DNA of 64,000 nucleotides from Alphaproteobacteria bacterium CG11_big_fil_rev_8_21_14_0_20_39_49 (GTDB lineage Bacteria; Pseudomonadota; Alphaproteobacteria; Rickettsiales; UBA6187): NCBI GenBank assembly GCA_002787635.1, contig PCXK01000001.1, positions 4,980 to 68,979 of the forward strand, read 5' to 3'. Shown piece by piece: positions 57,921 to 64,000 of this stretch (position 1 is its first letter; each line of letters starts with the position of its first letter). The notes under the pieces were generated by a model. It saw only the letters and a program-made list of their open reading frames with translations, ran no database searches and was not told where the DNA came from. The position numbers and the translations under genes were made by a program.

Positions 57921-58721
57921 CTACTTTCCCATCAAAACATCTTTCATTGAATAAAAACCCTGTTGTCTGTTCTTTGCCCATAATGCCGCCTTCACGGCTC
58001 CTTTAGCAAATATCTTGCGGCTGGAAGCTTTATGTGTAAACTCAATCCTTTCACCGTCACCGGCAAACATTACGGTATGTTCCCCGACAACATCACCGCC
58101 ACGTATGGTAGAAAAGCCTATTTCCCCACGTTTTCTGGAGCCGATAATGCCGTCACGCGACTTACAGGCAACGTCATCTAATGCCACTTTGCGTCCCCTT
58201 GCGGCGGCTTCCCCAAGTAATAAAGCCGTCCCGGAAGGAGCGTCAACCTTATGGCAATGGTGCATTTCAATAACTTCAATATCAAAACTTTCATCTAAAA
58301 TAGACGCAACCTGCTCAATGACCGAAGATAATATATTGATACCCATGCTCATATTGCCGGACCATATAATAGCGGCATTTTTTGAATGTTCTTTCAGCTT
58401 TGTTAGCTCATAATCTGAAAAGCCCGTAGTGCCGCTAACCAGTATCTTGCCTTGTTCGGAGGCAATCTTTGCACATCGTAATGCTACGGAAGGTTTTGAA
58501 AAGTCAATTACCGCATCACTATTTTCAAACAGACCTTCCAAAGTGCCGCAGGCGTTAATGCCTACAGCGTCAATTCCTGCCAGCGTACCTATATCCATAC
58601 CCACAAAATCACTTTCGGGGCGTACCGCACCGGCAGACAGCTTGCAGTTACCGTTTAAATATATCTCTTCAATCAGGGCTTTGCCCATACGTCCTGTACA
58701 GCCGACAATTCCTATTTTCAT
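57921..58721 (-). CDS. dapB: 4-hydroxy-tetrahydrodipicolinate reductase
   Basis: 266-aa ORF with MKIGIVGCTGRMGKALI, EMHHCHKVDAPSGTA and a typical C-terminus. Confidence 0.9.
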   Translation of the reverse strand: MKIGIVGCTGRMGKALIEEIYLNGNCKLSAGAVRPESDFVGMDIGTLAGIDAVGINACGTLEGLFENSDAVIDFSKPSVALRCAKIASEQGKILVSGTTGFSDYELTKLKEHSKNAAIIWSGNMSMGINILSSVIEQVASILDESFDIEVIEMHHCHKVDAPSGTALLLGEAAARGRKVALDDVACKSRDGIIGSRKRGEIGFSTIRGGDVVGEHTVMFAGDGERIEFTHKASSRKIFAKGAVKAALWAKNRQQGFYSMKDVLMGK

Positions 58722-59203
58722 AATTTATTACCTATTTTAGAGTATTTTCCTTTAAAATATATAAGCGGATTTTCTGTCGATTCAATATCCATATCCGTTA
58801 CACGTCCGATAATAATAGAATGGTCGCCACCTGTATATATCTGCTCGGTATCACAGGCTATATATGCAATACAGCCTGTTATTTTAGGAGTATCGTTACT
58901 ATAATCGGTATAATCGACCTCCTGCCACTTTATAGTGGAGGGGCAGGCAAATTTTTGTGATATATCGGATTGTTTTTCGGATAATATATTTACCGTGAAT
59001 TTAGTGCAGCCCGTGAAATTATCATGATTATGTGCATTTTTATCAACGTTAAAAAGAACAAGCGGCGGTTCAAGCGACAGGGAAGTAAACGAGTTAACGG
59101 TCATACCGCATGGCAGGTCGTTATTTAGTTTTGTGGTTACAACGGTTACACCCGTTGCAAAACGCCCCATGCAATTCCTGAAATCAAAACTATCAAAATT
59201 CAT
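58718..59203 (-). CDS. flavin reductase family protein
   Basis: 161-aa ORF. FRNCMGRFATGVTVVTT and NSFTSLSLEPPLVLF are typical of the Flavin_Reduct domain. Confidence 0.8.
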   Translation of the reverse strand: MNFDSFDFRNCMGRFATGVTVVTTKLNNDLPCGMTVNSFTSLSLEPPLVLFNVDKNAHNHDNFTGCTKFTVNILSEKQSDISQKFACPSTIKWQEVDYTDYSNDTPKITGCIAYIACDTEQIYTGGDHSIIIGRVTDMDIESTENPLIYFKGKYSKIGNKL

Positions 59204-59305
59204 TAAAATATCTGTTTTTTAGTTATAAAATATATGGTTAATAGAACTTTCAATTGATTGTTAACTAAATCTTTACTTTATTAACTTAGGATTGACTGAG
59301 ATTAG

Positions 59306-59332
59306 TAAATTACCGGCTAATATAGCCGTGCT
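59306..59332 (+). promoter_or_regulatory. candidate sigma-28 (FliA) type promoter upstream of motA
   Basis: TAAA-N15-GCCGTGCT, compared with the consensus TAAA-N15-GCCGATAA. It lies 43 nt upstream of the motA ATG. Only the GCCG half of the -10 element matches. Confidence 0.25.
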
Positions 59333-59374
59333 TATAATAATTTCAATGTTATTTAGATAAAATGATTATTTAAT

Positions 59375-60229
59375 ATGTTATTTCTAATAGGTACTATAGT
59401 TGTTTTCGGTTCTGTTGCAGTCGGTTATTCGATGCACCACGGAAATTTTGCTATTTTGTGGCAACCAAGTGAATTTGTAATAATCCTCGGTGCTGCTATC
59501 GGTTCTTTTGTACTTGGAAATCCCGGATTTATTATAAAAAAGACCCTTAAGACATTAAAAAACCTTTTTAAAGGCACTCCTTATAAAAAGGACGACTATA
59601 TCCAGTTGTTAATGTTCTTATTCAATATATGTAAATTGATGAAAACAAAAGGTATGCTTTCCGTAGAGGAAGCACTTGATAATCCTGAAAGTAGCGAATT
59701 ATTTACGGCTTACCCCAAATTCCTGAAAAACCACCATTCTGTTGATTTTTTCTGCGACTATATGCGTATGGTAACTATGGGTATGGACAACCATTACCAG
59801 CTTGAGGATTTGATGGACAAAGAGATTGAAAAACATCATCACGAAACGGCTATGCCGAGCATGTCGCTAAATACAATGGCAGATGCAATGCCTGCACTGG
59901 GTATTGTTGCGGCGGTACTCGGCGTTATTATGACAATGGGAAGTATAACCGAGCCGCCTGAAATTTTAGGAGGTTTAATTGGTGCGGCATTAGTGGGAAC
60001 TTTCTTCGGGGTATTGGTGTCATACGGATTCTTTGCACCGATGGCAGCGTTGCTTTCAAAATTCGCAGATTCTGAAACAGAATATTTTGAGGTAATGAAA
60101 GCTGCTATGATATCCCATGTACAGGGAAACGCTCCCGTTATAACGGTAGAGGTAGCCAGAAAATTCGTTCCCGGTCACTTAAAGCCGAGCTTTGCCGAAA
60201 TTGACGCACTTATAAACGGGAGCAGTTAA
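59375..60229 (+). CDS. motA: flagellar motor stator protein MotA
   Basis: 284-aa ORF with 4 TM helices. MotA/TolQ/ExbB channel motif ...MPALGIVAAVLGVIMTMG...GAALVGTFFGVLVSYGF. Followed by motB with a TAATG overlap. Confidence 0.85.
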   Translation: MLFLIGTIVVFGSVAVGYSMHHGNFAILWQPSEFVIILGAAIGSFVLGNPGFIIKKTLKTLKNLFKGTPYKKDDYIQLLMFLFNICKLMKTKGMLSVEEALDNPESSELFTAYPKFLKNHHSVDFFCDYMRMVTMGMDNHYQLEDLMDKEIEKHHHETAMPSMSLNTMADAMPALGIVAAVLGVIMTMGSITEPPEILGGLIGAALVGTFFGVLVSYGFFAPMAALLSKFADSETEYFEVMKAAMISHVQGNAPVITVEVARKFVPGHLKPSFAEIDALINGSS

Positions 60230-61215
60230 TGGCAAAAGAACAGACAATAATCATAAAGAAAATTAAAAAAGGAGGGCATGGGCATCATGGCGGTGCGTGG
60301 AAAGTTGCATATGCAGACTTTGTAACGGCGATGATGGCATTCTTTTTGTTGTTGTGGTTATTGACCGCAACGCCTGTTGAACAGCTTGAGGGGCTTGCGG
60401 ATTATTTTAGCCCTACACTTGGACTGCAGGGAAAAATGGGCATCGGTTTTGCAGGAGGAAAATCACCCAATACCGAAGGCTGGAGTACCGGTGACTGGGC
60501 AAGTTTAGGGCTTATATTCGGCGCGCCGCCATCAGGGCCTATAATAAAATTACCCGAAGATAATAATAAAGCCGACGAAAATCCCGATGTAAGTTTTGAT
60601 ACTATGCAAAGGGAAGTCAATGATGCGATAATACAAAATGACGGGCTTGGAAAATATAACGATTCAATAATGATAGAACAGACAATAGACGGTCTTAACA
60701 TCAATATAACAGATAGAAAGAACAGACCTATGTTCAAAGGTGATACCGCAGAGCTTATGCCGCATACAAAACAGATATTGAAGAAAATAGCAGGTATCGT
60801 AAAACATATACCTAACTATGTTCAGATAGTAGGTCATACTAATCCTGAATTCGTACCAAAAAATGAAGGTTATACAGGATGGGAGCTTTCTGCCGACAGG
60901 GCAAATGCTGCAAGGCGATATCTGGAAGAATCAGGCTTGCCGTCTAACCAGATAGTCAGGATAATAGGAAAGGCGGATAATGAGCCTGTAAATAATGACG
61001 GTTTGGACAATCCGGCAAACTCAAGAATTTCTATTACGCTACTGAGGAAATCAATTGTTGCGTATAGTAAACAACCCGCACCCGATGATGTAATTTTAGG
61101 ACCTTTAGATCAGGGGCTTAATTCATTTATTCAGTTGAAACGTAAAGATCCTGAAGAAAAAACATCCGGTGCAAGGGATAAAGAAGGTAACCCTATTGAA
61201 TATGAAGAAAAGTAG
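60229..61215 (+). CDS. motB: flagellar motor stator protein MotB (OmpA-like C-terminus)
   Basis: 328-aa ORF. GAWKVAYADFVTAMMAFFLLLWL contains the conserved Asp in its TM helix. C-terminal OmpA-like peptidoglycan-binding region (GHTN...WELSADRANAARRYL). Confidence 0.85.
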   Translation: MAKEQTIIIKKIKKGGHGHHGGAWKVAYADFVTAMMAFFLLLWLLTATPVEQLEGLADYFSPTLGLQGKMGIGFAGGKSPNTEGWSTGDWASLGLIFGAPPSGPIIKLPEDNNKADENPDVSFDTMQREVNDAIIQNDGLGKYNDSIMIEQTIDGLNINITDRKNRPMFKGDTAELMPHTKQILKKIAGIVKHIPNYVQIVGHTNPEFVPKNEGYTGWELSADRANAARRYLEESGLPSNQIVRIIGKADNEPVNNDGLDNPANSRISITLLRKSIVAYSKQPAPDDVILGPLDQGLNSFIQLKRKDPEEKTSGARDKEGNPIEYEEK

Positions 61216-61220
61216 GTATT

Positions 61221-61727
61221 ATGAAAAAAGAAGTTTATGATTCGACAAATTTTTTAGGCAGTATAAAAGTTCTGGTGGCTGACGATGATAAGCTTACCGT
61301 CAAGCTGGTGAACGATACTTTAAAGGTATTCGGCGTAAAGAGAATCATGTGTGCATGTAACGGTGAATCAACTAAAAAGGAAGTTTTAGAAACAAAATAT
61401 GACCTTATAATACTGGACTGGAAAATAGGACATGTAGACGGTTGCAATCTGGTTAAAGAAATACGCCGTGATGATAAAGCTAAAAACAGGTTTACTCCTA
61501 TAATATTATTGACGGGAAAAGGAACTATAGAAGAGGTAAAGCATGCAAGAGATAGCGGAATAACCGAGTTTCTGCTAAAACCGTTCTCGGTAAAAAAACT
61601 AAGGGAGAAGCTTATTGAAGTTGTTGAGCATCCGAGAAATTTTATAATTTCAAGGAACTTTGTCGGCCCAGACAGAAGAAGGGGCAAGATGCCTGTAAAA
61701 ATAGATAGAAGGAAAAAGGATAGTTAG
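61221..61727 (+). CDS. CheY-like single receiver with Arg-rich C-terminal extension
   Basis: 168-aa ORF with a canonical receiver: VLVADDD, LIILDWKIGHVDG, ILLTG and LLKPF. The tail is FVGPDRRRGKMPVKIDRRKKDS. Confidence 0.75.
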   Translation: MKKEVYDSTNFLGSIKVLVADDDKLTVKLVNDTLKVFGVKRIMCACNGESTKKEVLETKYDLIILDWKIGHVDGCNLVKEIRRDDKAKNRFTPIILLTGKGTIEEVKHARDSGITEFLLKPFSVKKLREKLIEVVEHPRNFIISRNFVGPDRRRGKMPVKIDRRKKDS

Positions 61728-61733
61728 TAAAGC

Positions 61734-62276
61734 ATGTCTGATAAAGAAGATAATAACAAACCTGAAGAAGAAGAAAAGGTTACTATAATCAAGGCGGATC
61801 GTTCCCTGAAAAATGAGATAGGTAATCTCATGCCCTTAGATAAGATATTGAATGAAAATATCATGACTGAGGCAGAAATAAAAATTAAAGAAAATGTTGA
61901 TTATTTAAGGGGTGCGTATGACTCCCTGTTAGACCATTATATGTTTTACTTAAGGGGTGCGTATGAAGAGCTTAAATATGCGGAGTCCAAAGACGAAAAA
62001 ACACAATGCCTGAAGGATATACAACATACCGCTTTGTCAATAAAGAGCAGTGCCGGAATTTTCGGTTACGACCTTGCCGAGAAATTCGCTACGTCACTTT
62101 ATCTTTTCATACCCAATATAAAAACATTCGATGATAGGATATATTTATTATTGGAAAGCTATACCAAATGTATGGAAATTATTGCGGAAAGAAAAATTAC
62201 AGGTGTTGAAGATGATATAGCCCAAAAGCTATTGAAAGAGTTTGATAAGATTACCGAGCAGCAAAAAAAAATTTAA
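61734..62276 (+). CDS. hypothetical helical protein (weak Hpt-like motif)
   Basis: 180-aa ORF. QHTALSIKSSAGIFGYDLAEKFATSL loosely resembles the HxxKGxxxxxG motif of Hpt domains, but the His-Lys spacing is non-canonical. Confidence 0.3.
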   Translation: MSDKEDNNKPEEEEKVTIIKADRSLKNEIGNLMPLDKILNENIMTEAEIKIKENVDYLRGAYDSLLDHYMFYLRGAYEELKYAESKDEKTQCLKDIQHTALSIKSSAGIFGYDLAEKFATSLYLFIPNIKTFDDRIYLLLESYTKCMEIIAERKITGVEDDIAQKLLKEFDKITEQQKKI

Positions 62277-62277
62277 A

Positions 62278-62880
62278 TCAAGGCCAAAGAGTTAACGTAT
62301 CGTTTTTTACCTCATAACCGTTCAGCTTATTTAAAAAGCTCATACCCAGTAACGATTTATTCATGTCAGCTTCATTCACCGATGCACGAATGTCATTTAT
62401 GGTATAATTTCCGACCTTGATATTTTCCAGCCTGACAGGTGCGCCTCTTACCTTTCCGTTAGCGGTATAATATGTATTAATATATTGAAGGCTATTTAGA
62501 TCTATCCCGATTTTTTCAGCAGTTCGTTTATTAATGACGATATCACTTGCACCCGTATCCACCATAAACCGTACACTTTGTCCGTTTATCTCGGTATTTA
62601 TATAAAAATGTCCGTCTTGAGATGCTTTAACACTTATTGAGCCGTCATCATTGTTTATTACCGTAGAAGGCGACAGCGACGATAACAGCCTTTCCTTAAA
62701 ATCAGAAAAATCATGTTTATAGCTATATAAAAGCACCATTGCCAAAATCACCGATATCCAGATTCCGGCATATTTAACCGCCGTTCCCAATCTGTTCCTG
62801 AAATGGAATATTAAACCCGAGGTTAATAGCACTAGCAATAATAATGAATGTATAAGTTGTGCCGACTGGTCTTCGCTCAT
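62278..62880 (-). CDS. membrane-anchored retropepsin-like aspartic protease (TIGR02281/APRc type)
   Basis: 200-aa ORF. N-terminal TM helices, then FMVDTGASDIVI (DTG catalytic motif) and GMSFL near the C-terminus. Confidence 0.75.
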   Translation of the reverse strand: MSEDQSAQLIHSLLLLVLLTSGLIFHFRNRLGTAVKYAGIWISVILAMVLLYSYKHDFSDFKERLLSSLSPSTVINNDDGSISVKASQDGHFYINTEINGQSVRFMVDTGASDIVINKRTAEKIGIDLNSLQYINTYYTANGKVRGAPVRLENIKVGNYTINDIRASVNEADMNKSLLGMSFLNKLNGYEVKNDTLTLWP

Positions 62881-63587
62881 CTGTTCTTCCTTGATATTTC
62901 ATATAAAGCTATAGCTGCCGCATTGGAAACATTAAGGCTTTCTACTTTATCACTTATCGGTAATCTTACAAGCAGATCACAGGCGTTGCGTGTTATTTTT
63001 CGTAAGCCTTTTCCTTCCGATCCCATAACAAGAACGGTTTTGCCCGAAAGGTTTGCTTTATCAATATCGGTATCGGTATTGCCGTCCAGTCCGGCTATCC
63101 AGTATCCTTCCTTTTTTAGCTGTTCAAGAGTTCTTGCAAGGTTAGTTACCTTACAGCATTTGATTTCTTCAAGAGTACCTGATGCGGATTTTGCCAATGC
63201 TCCTGAAAAAGACGGGGCATTATCCTTCGCAAATAAAACCGCCTCTGCCCCGAATGCTATACAGGAACGCATTATCGCCCCCACATTATGCGGGTCGGTA
63301 ACCTGATCCAGTGCGACTATTATCGTACAATCGATAATATCCTTTATACCCGATTCAGGTAAGTTCTCGGTTTCAACTGCAATGCCCTGATGCACGGCAT
63401 CTTTGGGTAATATTTTATCAAAATCACGCATAGGGATTATTTTAGGAGTAGGGTGCTTATGGCTTAACTGAATTTCCCCTGCGGCTCTTTCAGTGGCAAA
63501 TATCCGCTTTATCTTTCTTTTAGGGTTGTTAAGTGCCGCACGGCATGCGTGCAATCCGTAGAGTAAGATATTGTTGTTTTTAGACAT
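62877..63587 (-). CDS. TrmH/SpoU-family RNA 2'-O-methyltransferase (RlmB-like)
   Basis: 236-aa ORF. LYGLHACRAALNNP, ALDQVTDPHNVGAIMRS, VLVMGSEGKGL and SLNVSNAAAIALYE motifs. Confidence 0.8.
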   Translation of the reverse strand: MSKNNNILLYGLHACRAALNNPKRKIKRIFATERAAGEIQLSHKHPTPKIIPMRDFDKILPKDAVHQGIAVETENLPESGIKDIIDCTIIVALDQVTDPHNVGAIMRSCIAFGAEAVLFAKDNAPSFSGALAKSASGTLEEIKCCKVTNLARTLEQLKKEGYWIAGLDGNTDTDIDKANLSGKTVLVMGSEGKGLRKITRNACDLLVRLPISDKVESLNVSNAAAIALYEISRKNR

Positions 63588-63679
63588 ATGTATCTTTTTA
63601 TAAATAATGATGAATTACATCATTAACATCTTTATTTGGTTTTGGGTATAAGAAAGGAAAATTATGGTATAAAATTTTA

Positions 63680-63746
63680 TCAACCTGAACTTTTTTCAGG
63701 TTCTCTTAAAATATAAAACATTCTGAAAATAAATTCGTTTATGACA
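63680..63746 (+). repeat. double-hairpin repeat, copy 2 (second hairpin degenerate)
   Basis: aacctgaa-ctttt-ttcaggtt (63682-63702), then ttctgaaaataaattcgtttatgaca, which aligns to atgctgaaataaattcagcatgaca of copy 1. Confidence 0.65.
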
Positions 63747-63970
63747 TCCACGAACCATTGTAGTGCAATTTATAAAAAATCTCTATTTACCGAACACCGT
63801 AGCAGCTTTTTTTATCATATTAATTGACATATGCACACCAATATAATAAAAAGACGCTCCTTTACGGCAAATAGTTTAAGTTTGTGTATTGCAGATGCTA
63901 GGTTCATTTATATTTTCTAAATGTTTCCTCCGTCTTCTAATTCAAATATTAAATTGATTTGTATCCCGTT

Positions 63971-64000
63971 GGAGGGGTGGCCGAGTGGTTAATGGCAGCA
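63971..64000 (+). tRNA. 5' part of a class II (long-arm) tRNA, most likely tRNA-Ser; truncated by window end
   Basis: GGAGGGG-TG-GCC-GAGTGGTTAAT-GGC-AGCA gives a 7-nt acceptor stem and a D-arm of the GCCGAGTGG type seen in Ser (or Tyr/Leu) tRNAs. The anticodon is not in the window. Confidence 0.55.

Noticed and set aside
61235-61687. 150-aa - strand ORF
   Set aside because: It is antisense to the CheY-like receiver, whose receiver motifs are unambiguous.
62848-63306. 152-aa + strand ORF
   Set aside because: It is antisense to the TrmH/RlmB-like methyltransferase and has no motifs.

Overview
This is an AT-rich chromosomal window with about 60 genes. Gene content suggests an alphaproteobacterium with an intracellular or endosymbiont lifestyle (Rickettsiales/Holosporales-like). 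That assignment is an inference from the VirB-type T4SS genes, an APRc-like retropepsin, a decayed tlyC/corC remnant, several palindromic/MITE-like repeat families, and housekeeping synteny such as fabG-acpP-fabF, ubiE/ubiB and infA-maf-yacG.

Main blocks:
- 1-9.0 kb: a minus-strand pseudaminic-acid (pse) operon carrying an embedded HisH/HisF/amidotransferase 'acetamidino' module and two gene fusions.
- 9-28 kb: housekeeping genes mixed with orphan hypothetical proteins and repeats.
- 28.5-35.2 kb: an isolated virB2-virB4 pair, translationally overlapped by a 1,225-aa Cys/Pro/Gly-rich secreted protein that is not VirB6-like and ends in a glycine-rich domain. This is the best candidate for something undescribed.
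- 40.5-44 kb: a four-gene phosphorelay.
- 44-52 kb: an undecaprenyl-phosphate-linked glycan assembly locus (pgl-like) with a divergent O-antigen-ligase-family gene.
- 52-62 kb: a motility and surface-fibre neighbourhood. It holds a sigma-54 response regulator, two paralogous type IV pilin-like genes, a CheZ-like gene, ftsZ outside a dcw cluster, and motAB followed by a CheY-like receiver with an Arg-rich tail and a small helical protein.

At least four short-repeat families populate the intergenic regions, including three copies of a ~210-bp MITE with 20-bp terminal inverted repeats. All functional calls come from motif recognition by eye. No database search was run.
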